Positions 1-9,537 of a stretch of DNA of 64,000 bases are shown here, piece after piece; the first letter of the stretch is position 1; the number at the start of each line of letters is the position of its first letter. Below the pieces are notes generated by a model. That model ran no database searches, was not told the DNA's origin, and saw only the letters and a list, made by a program, of their open reading frames with translations. The DNA is taken from contig CAWDVP010000002.1 in the NCBI GenBank assembly GCA_963805945.1, positions 96,001-160,000 on the forward strand. Reading direction: 5' to 3'. The DNA is from Vulcanimicrobiota bacterium (GTDB lineage Bacteria > Vulcanimicrobiota > Vulcanimicrobiia > Eremiobacterales > Eremiobacteraceae). Position numbers and translations under genes: made by a program.

Positions 1-659
1 ATTATTTGATCGTGCGCGCAGGGGTAGCGCCCGCACGTGCCCGGCACGCGTGCGACCAAGACCGACCGATGTGCATCCACATGCCTCAACGAGGCAGCCG
101 CGACATGCAGGATCGCGGCCACTTGTGTTGGGGACTGTCCGAGCCGTAGCCCGTGAGCTGAAATCACCCCGCCGAGATCGCGCTCGGGTATCGTCGCAGG
201 CGGTGGGTCAGCATACGCGATGGCATCGCCTGTGAGATCGCCGTACTCGGACCACGCCGCGATATGATGTACGCGGTCGTATACCCAGCTCGAGCCCGAC
301 CCCGCCGTCGGAAGCTCGAGTCCGTTCGCTGCGAGACCGTTCTTGTTTCGTATCCCGTGCCAGGCTGAGTAAGGCCCGGATCCAAAATGATCCGCGATCG
401 ATGTCGGCACCTGGGGTTGCCAGGCCCAGGACCCGGGCTGTCCTATGATAGTGGCCCACTCTAGAACTGCCTCGCACATCCTCTCTTGCTCGGCGTGAAT
501 TCCCCCCGGCGGCGCGTTTTGGCGCACGCACACGTTGCCTGCGCCAAGGACATACGACATAGTCGTGGCCCCAAGAGCGCTAACGCGCAATACGCCGAAA
601 AGAGCAAGCGCCAACACGGCGGTGCCCGCACGCCTTGCGTGCAGCCACCGTCGGGTCAC
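1..659 (-). CDS. Secreted hypothetical protein, partial (runs off the window; not in ORF track)
   Basis: Manual translation from GTG at 659 (overlapping the ileS TAG) stays open to base 1: MTRRWLHARRAGTAVLALALFGVLRVSALG..., signal-peptide-like N-terminus. Confidence 0.7.
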   Translation of the reverse strand, partial: MTRRWLHARRAGTAVLALALFGVLRVSALGATTMSYVLGAGNVCVRQNAPPGGIHAEQERMCEAVLEWATIIGQPGSWAWQPQVPTSIADHFGSGPYSAWHGIRNKNGLAANGLELPTAGSGSSWVYDRVHHIAAWSEYGDLTGDAIAYADPPPATIPERDLGGVISAHGLRLGQSPTQVAAILHVAAASLRHVDAHRSVLVARVPGTCGRYPCAHDQI

Positions 660-3600
660 TATAGCGGCGCCTTCTGGAGAGTGACCGATAGACCGTCTCC
701 TGAGGCGACATCGATCTTGATCGCCAACGTCTGTTGCTTGATGTAGTCTTGCCACGCGGCGATCGCTTCTGCATATTCGGCGTTCGCCGCGATTCTCACG
801 GTGACGCGATCGGCGATGTGCAGCGCCGCACTCTTGCGCGCGTCCTGCACCGCGCGCACCACTTCGCGCGCCAATCCCTCGAGCGCGAGCGCCTTGTCCA
901 CGCGCGTGTCGAGCGCGACGAGCATGCCGTGGGTTTCCGCGGACGCGAAACCCTGCGCCGACTTGCTGTCCACCAGCACGTCCTCGGGTTCGAGCCTGAA
1001 CGTGTGTCCGTCGGCGGACACGTCGAACGATCTGCCGGCTGCGACGGCGACAGCGATGGCGCGGGCGTCCGCCGCATCGAGCGCTTTGCGCAGCGCGCCC
1101 AGCTGTTTGCCGAAGCGCGGGCCAAGGCGCGGAAGGTTCGGCCGCAAGGCATACTCGATGAACGTCGCGTCCAGGCCGACCGCCTGGACGTCCTTGACGT
1201 TGAGCTCCTCGAGCACGAGCGGCCGGAAGCGCGCGAGCGCGTCTGCGTCTGTGCGCGAGCGCGGCCGCACGTATGCGACCGGCAACGGCTGCCGCGTCTT
1301 GATCTTCGCCGTGGCGCGGACCTGACGGCCGAGGTCCACCGTCTCCTGGGCGACGCGCATCGCGCGCACGAGCGACTCGTCCGTGCCGCCCGCCTTGGCG
1401 ACTGGCCACGCGGCGAGATGCACGCTCTCGGGCGCGCCTTCATCCATCGAACGCACGAGCATCTGATACAGCGACTCCGCGACGAACGGCGCGAACGGCG
1501 CGATCATCTTCGCCGTGACCACAAGGCACTCGTAGAGGGTGCGATAGGCGGCGGTCTTGTCGTCGGACGTCCCAGACGCCCAGAAGCGGTCGCGCGACAA
1601 GCGCACGTACCAATTGGACAGCTCGTCGACGAACGTCTCGATCGCGCGGCCCGCGCCTTGCGCGTCGTACGCCTCCAGCCGCGCGGTCACGTGGGCGAGC
1701 ACCTCGTTCAGCCGCGCGACGGCCCAGCGGTCCATATCGCTCCGCCGTTCGAGCGGCACGTCTTTCGGCACGCCGATGCCGTCATCGTTGGCGTACAGAG
1801 TGAAGAAGTTGACGGTGTTCCACAGCGTGTTGAAGAGCGCGTGCGTGCCGTCGCGCACCAGCTCCACCGACACGCGCTTCGACGCGCCAGGAGAGGTCGC
1901 GGTGAGCAGGTACCAGCGCAGCGCGTCGGCGCCGACCGAGTCGAAGAGCTCCCACGCGTCGACGACGTTGCCCTTGCTCTTGCTCATCTTCTCGCCCTTG
2001 TCGTCCACGACATGGCCGGTGCAGATGACGTTGCGATATGCGGGCGATGCGAAGAGCATGGTCGAGATCGCGTGCAGGCTATAGAACCAGCCGCGCGTCT
2101 GATCCACCGCTTCGCAGATGAAGTCCGCCGGGAAGCTGCGCTTGAAGAGCGCGTCGTGCTCGAACGGGTAGTGCCACTGCGCGTACGGCATCGAGCCCGA
2201 GTCGTACCAGGCGTCGATGACCTCGGGGACGCGCCGATACTCCTTGCCGTTGCGCGTGAAGGTTATTTCATCGATCGCCGGACGGTGCAGATCTAGGGCA
2301 GACAGATCGCGGCCGCACAGCTCCGCCAACTGCTTCACCGAGCCGACGCAGACGTATTCCGTGCCGTCGGTCCAGAGCGGCAGTGGCGTGCCCCAGAACC
2401 GTTCGCGCGACAGCGCCCAGTCGACGTTGTTCTCCAGCCAGTTGCCGAAGCGACCCTGCTTCACGTTCTCGGGCACCCAATTGATCTTCTCGTTGTTGGC
2501 GATCAACTGCGCTTTGAACTCGGTCGTGCGGATGAACCACGCGGTCTTGGCGATGTAGAGCAGCGGGTCGTCGGTGCGCCAGCCGAACGGATAGGTGTGG
2601 CGGATCGTGCCGCTGCGGAACATCAGGCCGCGTTTCTTGAGGTCCGCGACGATTGGCGGATCGGCGTCCTTGAAGAACTTGCCGGCGGCCACGGTCACTT
2701 CTGCCACCACGTGGCCGGTGAGATCGACGCTGTAGTAGATGGGTAGATCGCGCGCCTTGCCCAGTGCGAGGTCGTCCGGGCCGTACGCCGGCGCGACGTG
2801 CACGACGCCCGTGCCGTCTTCTGTGGTCACGAACGGCGCGGGGATGACGTAGTGCTTGTCTTTGTCGTCCACGCAATAGTCGTACAGCGGCTGGTAGCGC
2901 GTGCCCGCGAGCTCTGCGCCGCGCACGCGCCGCGTTACCGTCAGCGGCTCATCGCCGAACACCTTTGCCAGCAGCGGCTCCGCGACGATCAGCTTCTCGC
3001 CTTCGCGCTCGACCACGGCATACATCACATCGGGATGCACGGCGAGCGCCATGTTCGCCGGCAGCGTCCACGGCGTCGTGGTCCACGCGAGGAACGACGT
3101 GGATGGATCGTCGGCGAGCCGGAAGCGCACGAAGACCGACGGGTCGTCGACTTCTCGATAGCCGAGCGCGACCTCGGCGTCCGACAGCGTCGCGCCGATG
3201 CGCGGATCGTACGGCACCGACTTGTAGTCCTGTTGGATGAGGCCGCGATCCCACAGCTCTTTGAGCGACCACCACACGCTCTCGATATAGGTGTTGTCGA
3301 GCGTGACGTACGGGTGTTCCAGATCCACCCAGTACGCCATGCGCTCCGTCATGCGGCCCCAGTCCTCGACGTAGCGGTAGACGCTCTCGCGACAGCGGCG
3401 GTTGAACTCGGCGATGCCGACCTCAGCCTCGAGCACGCTCTTGTCGAGGATGCCGATCTCTTTCTCTATCTGATGCTCGACCGGCAAGCCGTGCGTATCC
3501 CAGCCCGCTTTGCGGCCCACGTGCCGCCCGCGCATGGTCCAAAAGCGCGGGAAGAGATCCTTGAACGCGCGCGTCAGCACGTGATGCACGCCCGGCTTGC

Positions 3601-3772
3601 CGTTGGCGGTAGGCGGGCCTTCGTAGACGATGAACGGCTCGCCGCCTCTTGTCTGCTCGAGCGAATGCTCGAAGATCTTCGCCTTCTGCCAGAACTCGAG
3701 CGTCTCGCGCTCGCGCGCAGGCGCGTCGGGCAGTTCGCCGGGCGAGGGGAAGACCGGTCGTGGGGCCGTCAT
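659..3772 (-). CDS. ileS: Isoleucine--tRNA ligase, type 2
   Basis: EGPPTANG, GWDTHGLPVE, WTTTPWTLP, DWALSRERFWGTP and KMSKS motifs; ATG 3772 overlaps the upstream TGA (ATGA). Confidence 0.97.
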   Translation of the reverse strand: MTAPRPVFPSPGELPDAPARERETLEFWQKAKIFEHSLEQTRGGEPFIVYEGPPTANGKPGVHHVLTRAFKDLFPRFWTMRGRHVGRKAGWDTHGLPVEHQIEKEIGILDKSVLEAEVGIAEFNRRCRESVYRYVEDWGRMTERMAYWVDLEHPYVTLDNTYIESVWWSLKELWDRGLIQQDYKSVPYDPRIGATLSDAEVALGYREVDDPSVFVRFRLADDPSTSFLAWTTTPWTLPANMALAVHPDVMYAVVEREGEKLIVAEPLLAKVFGDEPLTVTRRVRGAELAGTRYQPLYDYCVDDKDKHYVIPAPFVTTEDGTGVVHVAPAYGPDDLALGKARDLPIYYSVDLTGHVVAEVTVAAGKFFKDADPPIVADLKKRGLMFRSGTIRHTYPFGWRTDDPLLYIAKTAWFIRTTEFKAQLIANNEKINWVPENVKQGRFGNWLENNVDWALSRERFWGTPLPLWTDGTEYVCVGSVKQLAELCGRDLSALDLHRPAIDEITFTRNGKEYRRVPEVIDAWYDSGSMPYAQWHYPFEHDALFKRSFPADFICEAVDQTRGWFYSLHAISTMLFASPAYRNVICTGHVVDDKGEKMSKSKGNVVDAWELFDSVGADALRWYLLTATSPGASKRVSVELVRDGTHALFNTLWNTVNFFTLYANDDGIGVPKDVPLERRSDMDRWAVARLNEVLAHVTARLEAYDAQGAGRAIETFVDELSNWYVRLSRDRFWASGTSDDKTAAYRTLYECLVVTAKMIAPFAPFVAESLYQMLVRSMDEGAPESVHLAAWPVAKAGGTDESLVRAMRVAQETVDLGRQVRATAKIKTRQPLPVAYVRPRSRTDADALARFRPLVLEELNVKDVQAVGLDATFIEYALRPNLPRLGPRFGKQLGALRKALDAADARAIAVAVAAGRSFDVSADGHTFRLEPEDVLVDSKSAQGFASAETHGMLVALDTRVDKALALEGLAREVVRAVQDARKSAALHIADRVTVRIAANAEYAEAIAAWQDYIKQQTLAIKIDVASGDGLSVTLQKAPL

Positions 3773-4899
3773 CGTTTCGCCGCCTGCTGCGCGCGCAGCG
3801 CCGACATGATGCTCTCTTCGCTGACGACGCCGGTCAGTTCGTCGTTCTCGAACACCGGCAGGCTGCGCGCGCCGCTCGTGATGAGCGCGGCGAAGGCGTC
3901 GCTTGCGTGCGCTTGAGGCGAGAGCCTCGGTAGGCGGGCTGTCGCGGTCATGATGGCGCTCACCGGCGTGTGGTCCCACATCGTCGGCGGCACGGCGCCC
4001 GTGTCGCGCGCGCTCACGAGGCCGACGAACGCGCCTTGATCGACGACCGGATAGCCGGCTTGCGTGCCCGCCGGCACTTGCTTGAGAAGGTCGGTGATCG
4101 TCGCGGCGGACGAAACCGGGATGAGCGTGCGTGCCATGCACTCCGCCACCGGCATACGCTCAAGCGCGAGATTGACGCGCGCCTGCCGGCCGCTCGCGAT
4201 CGCGGCCTGCAGCAAGAACAACGCGATCAGCACGAGCCAGATGCCGTTCCATTCACGCTGCGTCGCGAGATAGATGCCCGCGACTATGAGCAAGGCGGCG
4301 ATGGCGGCGCTTACCGCGCTGGCAGCGGCGGTGGCGCGCGCTTGGCTCCCCGTCACCTTCCATAGAGCGGCGCGCAAGAGGCGGCCGCCGTCGCTCGGGA
4401 ACGCGGGCAGCAGGTTGAACGCGGCGAGCACGAAGTTGGCGATCGCGAGGTACCAGCACAGCGTTTGGATCCAGTCCCAGTGCAGCCGTCCGGCGGCGCT
4501 CGCCAACCCGGCGGCGATCGCGCCGATCACCATGCTTGCGAGCGGACCGGCGGCCGCCATCCTCAATTCATCCCACGGCGTGCCCGGCTCACGCAGGATG
4601 CTCGCGACGCCGCCGAAGAGGAAGAGCGTGATGTTGCCGATGGGGATGCCGAGCCGGCGCGCGACGAGCGCGTGCGCGAACTCGTGGGCGATGACGCTGG
4701 CGAACAGCACGAGCGACGCGATGAGGCCCAGGACGATGCCGCTGTTGGTGGAGAGATGCGTGTTGTTCTGAGCCGCGATCGCTTGTGCGGCCATGGTGGC
4801 CCCGTAGGCGAAGAGCGCGTAGATGATGAGCCAGCTGGGGTGGATGGCGATCTCGATGCCGCTGATCGAGCCGAGCCGCCACGAGTTACGCACGAGCAT
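3769..4899 (-). CDS. Site-2 protease (M50) with C-terminal CBS pair
   Basis: HEFAH zinc motif, FNLLPAFPSDGGR, TM helices, CBS-like tail. Confidence 0.92.
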   Translation of the reverse strand: MLVRNSWRLGSISGIEIAIHPSWLIIYALFAYGATMAAQAIAAQNNTHLSTNSGIVLGLIASLVLFASVIAHEFAHALVARRLGIPIGNITLFLFGGVASILREPGTPWDELRMAAAGPLASMVIGAIAAGLASAAGRLHWDWIQTLCWYLAIANFVLAAFNLLPAFPSDGGRLLRAALWKVTGSQARATAAASAVSAAIAALLIVAGIYLATQREWNGIWLVLIALFLLQAAIASGRQARVNLALERMPVAECMARTLIPVSSAATITDLLKQVPAGTQAGYPVVDQGAFVGLVSARDTGAVPPTMWDHTPVSAIMTATARLPRLSPQAHASDAFAALITSGARSLPVFENDELTGVVSEESIMSALRAQQAAKR

Positions 4900-4911
4900 G
4901 TGTTCTTTTCT

Positions 4912-6021
4912 TTATCTCTCGGGGCGCAGCGCGCCTTCGGTGAGCGCCTGCAGCCAATCGAAGGCAAGCGCGGCGCGCGCCTGCAGGGCGGGCACGCGCG
5001 CCGCCAGATGCGCGCGTAGTTCCGCGCGCTGCGCCCACAACCGATCCACCAGCTCGTCGCCCGCGCTATCGCGCTGCAGCGGCGGCAGCGGATAACCGAG
5101 ACTACCCGTCAGCGCCGCCACCTTCGGATCGTACGGCACCGCCAGGAAGGGTACTGCCAGACGCGCTGCGAGGATCAGTGCGTGCAAGCGCATCGAGATG
5201 ACCGCCGAGCAGCGCGACAGCAGCGCCGTCATGGTCGGCAGGTCGTACCCGCCGCCGAGCAGCACGGGCGCGGACTTGCAGCGGCGGATCACCGTCGACG
5301 ACGCCTCCGCGTCGTGCGGCAGCTGCAGCGGCACGAACACGACCTGCGCATGCTCGCGCTGCGCGAGCCGGTCGACGGCAGACGCCAGCTTCTCCATCAC
5401 TTGGTCGAGCATCGGCCCTCGCCGGACCACCACCGCCACGAGCTCGCCGACGTCGTCGCGTAGACCCTCGCGCAGCAGCGCCTCGCGTGCGGCCGGCGTG
5501 ATGACATCGCTTGCGAGGAACACCGGATCCGCGCTCAAGCGGACGTCGACGTTCGGCAGCAGCGCCTGCAGCGTGCCCTGGCTTACCTCATCGCGGACGC
5601 ACGCGAGATCGACGTTGGCGCACGCGCGCTTCACGACTTCGCGGCCGAAATAGTTCAGCGGCCCGATGCCCTGCGCGAAGATCGCGGCCTTCTTGCCGCC
5701 GCGTTTCGCCTCGCGGATGATGCTCGCGTAGTAGAGCAGGCTGCGCAGGCTCGTCGCGCTTTGGAGCAGGCCGCCGCCGCCGCTCACCACCACGTCGGAG
5801 CCGCTCACCGCGGCCACGACCGCGCCCCAGTTCATGCGCGGCACCGCCTCGAGCCCGTAGAGCTTGCGCGTCTCATCGGGTTGCTCCGACAGCACGCGGA
5901 TGAGGTCGGCCGGGCGGCGGCGCGCCCATTCGTCGGCGAAGACGCGCAGGATCGCCTCGTCACCGAAGTTGCCGAATCCGTAGTAGCCCGAGAGGAGCAG
6001 CCGCGCGGGGCGTTCCGTCAT
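4912..6021 (-). CDS. csaB: Polysaccharide pyruvyl transferase CsaB
   Basis: SGYYGFGNFGDEAIL, GGGGLLQ, AQGIGPL and MRLHALI motifs. Confidence 0.9.
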   Translation of the reverse strand: MTERPARLLLSGYYGFGNFGDEAILRVFADEWARRRPADLIRVLSEQPDETRKLYGLEAVPRMNWGAVVAAVSGSDVVVSGGGGLLQSATSLRSLLYYASIIREAKRGGKKAAIFAQGIGPLNYFGREVVKRACANVDLACVRDEVSQGTLQALLPNVDVRLSADPVFLASDVITPAAREALLREGLRDDVGELVAVVVRRGPMLDQVMEKLASAVDRLAQREHAQVVFVPLQLPHDAEASSTVIRRCKSAPVLLGGGYDLPTMTALLSRCSAVISMRLHALILAARLAVPFLAVPYDPKVAALTGSLGYPLPPLQRDSAGDELVDRLWAQRAELRAHLAARVPALQARAALAFDWLQALTEGALRPER

Positions 6022-6034
6022 GCGCCGCCGTACG

Positions 6035-8083
6035 TCATGCGCCGCCGCTCGCGGGGACGGCGAACAGCCGGCGATAGAGCGCTTGCAGCGCGAGACCGAT
6101 CAGCCCACCGGCGACGAGCGCGTTGAACAGCCGCAGCACGCTGATGATGAGCGGCGTATGGATGTGCGAGAACGTGTCGAGCACGTCCGCGAGACCAAGG
6201 CCTGCCGCGAGGACGATGAACCAGCCGGCGACGCGCCGATGCTCGGGCCGCAGGGCCGGCAGCAGCACGAGCGCGGGGAAGCCGATGAGGAACTCCTTGA
6301 AACGCGGCCGCGCGCCGAGCAGCGTGGTGAGGAAGCCGCGCAGGTGCGTCTCGAACGAGGACACGCTGACATCGGGCTGATTGCCCGAGCGGATCACGAG
6401 CAGGACGGCGCCTGCCGCGAGCACAGTGAGCGCGATCAGCTGCCACACCTTCACCGGCGCCTCGCCCGCGGCCGCGGGCTTGAGCGCGGTGCCGAACGGC
6501 GGTGCGAACGCGTACAGCAGCACGAGCACGATCGGAGGCACGACGAGCAGCGCCTTCACGCCGAAGAACTGCTGCACTTCCAGCATGAACGTCGTCTGCG
6601 CGAGCAGGCCGACGACGAAGAGCGCGCCGAGCAGCGCGACGCCGACGGCGGTGAGCAGACAGCGCAGACCGCCGCGTCCATCCGCGGCGAAAGTCCCCAC
6701 CGCGCCCTTCGCCCTGTCGAAATACGGCGCCAGCGTCGAGCCCGCGAGCACCGCGAACGTCAGCGCGCCGCCGAGCGCCCACAGCCGGCGCGTGATGTCG
6801 TCGTGTCCGACCGCGTATGAGCCCCAGCACGCGAGGACCGTGATGCCGAGGGCCGTCCACGCCATCCACATGCGCGCCCAGCCGTAGATGTCGAGCAGCA
6901 GCAGGAAGCCGCCGGCGACGCCGAGCGCGGCGAGGAAGTACGCGAGCGTCACCCACAGTCCGCTGATATCCGCGAACGTCGAGGGCCGGCCGATGTAGAA
7001 GCCATTGGCGACGAGCGCTTCCCGCAACCGATGCAGCATCTCGAGGTTCGATTGCTGCGCGGTGAGCGTCTTCCACGTGCCGTCGGATTGTTTGACCTGC
7101 GCGAGATGCGGGAACGGCCGCAAGTAGACGACGCGGATATTGCGCTCGCGCACGCCCAGCACATAGCGAGCCACGACTGTGTCCAGGTCGAGTTTGTCGA
7201 GCTCGAGCCGCGCGATCGCCTGCACGCGCACCGTCAGGTCCGGGATCTTGCGGCCGAGCGTGTCGCCGCCTTTTTGGAACTGCAGCGGATCGTACGCCTC
7301 GACGATGCCGAAGGGCGCGTGGTACTGCGGACCGTAGCGCTTGAACGCGTCGGCGGTCGCATCGAGCTGGTACGGATAGCCGATCACCTCGTTGCGCAGG
7401 CCGAAGAAGATGACACTGCCGATCTGGTCGCCGCCGAGCATCTGCCGGAACGCGACGTCGATGCGATCGGGATCGAGGTGCTCGTTGTTCTGGATGCGGG
7501 GATCGACGAGCAGCCCGAGGCCGCGCACGTCGTCAGCGACGTCCGCGGGTATCCCCAGACCGAGGTTGTTGAAATAGTCGATCTGCGTGCGCGCTTCGAG
7601 CAGCGCCGGCAGCGTCGCGCGCAGCAGCACCACGTTGCGCGGCTCGAGCTGGTTGCGCAGCATCGATTGATAGCGTGCGAGCGTCGGCGCGTCGAAGATG
7701 AGGATGTAGACGCTGTTCGACTCGATCGCGTTGCGCTTCACGAGCGACGCGAGCAGCGGATCCGACAGCGGCGAGGTGCGCGCCGCATCGACGATCTGCT
7801 GGCCCGTCTGCGCGAAGGCGTGCGTGCCGAGGTTGATGCGGTCGCCGAGCTCCTCGTACACCGCGACCGAGGTGAGGCCGGCGGCCTTGAACAGGCGCAG
7901 CAGGCCGTCCATGTCGTAGCCGTACGCGTTCGTGAAGTCGGCGAGATCCTGCTGATCCATCGTGATCTCGACGTAGCGGCTGCGATGCTCGTGCAGCAAG
8001 CGGACGCCCGCCAAGACGAGCGAGGCGAGCGCACCGACCACGATGAGGAGCAAGGCCATGCGCCGCATGGCATTCATGCGCAT
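6035..8083 (-). CDS. DUF5693-family membrane protein (usual csaB neighbour)
   Basis: ERNIRVVYLRP, ARPRFKEFLIGFP, TFSHIHTP; N-terminal anchor, large soluble domain, C-terminal TM bundle; start uncertain among several Met. Confidence 0.8.
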   Translation of the reverse strand: MRMNAMRRMALLLIVVGALASLVLAGVRLLHEHRSRYVEITMDQQDLADFTNAYGYDMDGLLRLFKAAGLTSVAVYEELGDRINLGTHAFAQTGQQIVDAARTSPLSDPLLASLVKRNAIESNSVYILIFDAPTLARYQSMLRNQLEPRNVVLLRATLPALLEARTQIDYFNNLGLGIPADVADDVRGLGLLVDPRIQNNEHLDPDRIDVAFRQMLGGDQIGSVIFFGLRNEVIGYPYQLDATADAFKRYGPQYHAPFGIVEAYDPLQFQKGGDTLGRKIPDLTVRVQAIARLELDKLDLDTVVARYVLGVRERNIRVVYLRPFPHLAQVKQSDGTWKTLTAQQSNLEMLHRLREALVANGFYIGRPSTFADISGLWVTLAYFLAALGVAGGFLLLLDIYGWARMWMAWTALGITVLACWGSYAVGHDDITRRLWALGGALTFAVLAGSTLAPYFDRAKGAVGTFAADGRGGLRCLLTAVGVALLGALFVVGLLAQTTFMLEVQQFFGVKALLVVPPIVLVLLYAFAPPFGTALKPAAAGEAPVKVWQLIALTVLAAGAVLLVIRSGNQPDVSVSSFETHLRGFLTTLLGARPRFKEFLIGFPALVLLPALRPEHRRVAGWFIVLAAGLGLADVLDTFSHIHTPLIISVLRLFNALVAGGLIGLALQALYRRLFAVPASGGA

Positions 8084-8110
8084 GGCGCTTGTGTTTTGAG
8101 TTCTGCCCGG

Positions 8111-8566
8111 CTATTGCCTGGTTTTGAGTCTTTCGGCGGCCTCGCGCATCTTCTGCGCGGCGACGTCCAACGCGCCAGCGGTCGCTTCCATCGAGAGCAG
8201 CGCGACGTGCTCTCCCTTTTCCGCCAATATGCGCGCGAACTCTTCGGCTTTGCCGGCGAAGCGGCCGCTGCCCAACTGCTCGGCGAAATAGTCGCCCGGC
8301 CACTGCCAGGTGTCGGCCTGAGCGCCGGCTGCGAGCTTCGCCGCGCACGCCTCGGGCGTGCCGAGGGCGTCGAGGTGCGTGCGTACCGTCGCAAGGTCGA
8401 TCGCTTGTCCGCCGGCCTCGCGGGTCATCGACGTGCATGCCGCCATGATGTCGCGATAGAGCCGGTCGACCAGCGCCAGCCGGGTGCTGGGCGGCAGTGG
8501 CAGCGCTGAGCGGACCTTATCGGTGTAGTCGTTGATCGCCGCGGTCGCATCCGGTGCGATATCCAT
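8111..8566 (-). CDS. Hypothetical protein with HAAS-like helical N-terminal domain
   Basis: AAGGA RBS; pattern INDY..KVRSALP.P..R...LG.PE..A. Confidence 0.6.
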   Translation of the reverse strand: MDIAPDATAAINDYTDKVRSALPLPPSTRLALVDRLYRDIMAACTSMTREAGGQAIDLATVRTHLDALGTPEACAAKLAAGAQADTWQWPGDYFAEQLGSGRFAGKAEEFARILAEKGEHVALLSMEATAGALDVAAQKMREAAERLKTRQ

Positions 8567-8661
8567 ATCCTTTATCCCCGTTCTCGAGCGTGTGTGTCTC
8601 CCATTATACTCCCACCTCCCCGCGGGGTTTCAGGAGTCCGCGGCTGAAGTGCCCGCGTGCC

Positions 8662-9537
8662 ATGTCTCCCGCGCCCGCGTCGCCCGTCCGCAACGTGAAC
8701 GTCGCCTGTTCGGCCTGTGACGGCACGCAGCCGTGCGCGCAGTGCGCTGCCGCCGGCAAGGCGCTCGCCGCCGCCGGCCATCGCGTGTTCCGTTCCTCGC
8801 GCTATGCCGCTCTGCGCGCCGCGGCCGACGGCACCTATGGTTTCGAGGCCTGCGTCGTGCCGGTCGGCGCCGCGGAACGTGCGCTTGCCGACGCGGTCGT
8901 CGCGCTGCTGGGCGATGCGCACGTCGCGATCGCGGTCGAGGATCCGGACGTCATCCACGGCGCGCTGCCCGCGCATTTCTCCATGTTCCCGCTCGCCGAT
9001 TTCCGCCGCGGCGCGCTGCCGCCCGAATGGCTCGCCGGACTTTCGACCGCACGACGCCCGACCGTGGACGCGGGTCGCGCGACGAACGGTACGCGCGCGC
9101 CGAATGGCGCAGTCCGCGCTCCTTCGCCGAAGTCGCAGGCCACGCGGCGGCTGCGCAGCATCGTCCATCCGTTCAATGCGCCCGTCGTCGACGCCGCTGC
9201 GCTCGTCGAGGACGAGTTGGCGTGGTACCGCGCAAGCGATCTCGGGTTCGTGCTGCTGTCGATCAGAGGCGAAGGGCTCGCGGGAGAATCGCTGTGCGCG
9301 GCGCTCGGCCCGTTGCTGCGCACCAGCGACAGCACGGCGACGCGGGCTGATGATTGTGTCGTCGTGCTCGCTGGAGCCAGCGCGCAGCATGGCAAGAAAG
9401 TGGCGGCGCGGCTCGTCGCTCCGCTAGCCAAACACCTCGGCGTTGCGCGCGACGCAATCCGGATCTGCGCGGCGGCATGTCCTGATGATGCGGTTGATGG
9501 GGATTCACTTCTTCGAATCGCGACCTCGCCGATATGA
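8662..9537 (+). CDS. Cys4 N-terminus plus degenerate GGDEF-like domain protein
   Basis: CSAC-x5-CAQC; C-terminal LLRTSD...VVVL...CPDD...LLRIA follows the GGDEF fold pattern. Confidence 0.55.
   Translation: MSPAPASPVRNVNVACSACDGTQPCAQCAAAGKALAAAGHRVFRSSRYAALRAAADGTYGFEACVVPVGAAERALADAVVALLGDAHVAIAVEDPDVIHGALPAHFSMFPLADFRRGALPPEWLAGLSTARRPTVDAGRATNGTRAPNGAVRAPSPKSQATRRLRSIVHPFNAPVVDAAALVEDELAWYRASDLGFVLLSIRGEGLAGESLCAALGPLLRTSDSTATRADDCVVVLAGASAQHGKKVAARLVAPLAKHLGVARDAIRICAAACPDDAVDGDSLLRIATSPI

Noticed and set aside
1..480. Possible structured ncRNA (tmRNA or RNase P)
   Set aside because: No conserved termini found; region is explained by an open minus-strand frame
734..2296. Long antisense ORFs (also 7031-8509, 11674-13242, 52758-54773, 58205-59542)
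   Set aside because: Shadow frames of high-GC genes with no recognisable motifs
3773..4141. 123-aa N-terminal extension of IleRS in the ORF track
   Set aside because: Overlaps the M50 gene in another frame; the real ATG at 3772 forms an ATGA coupling
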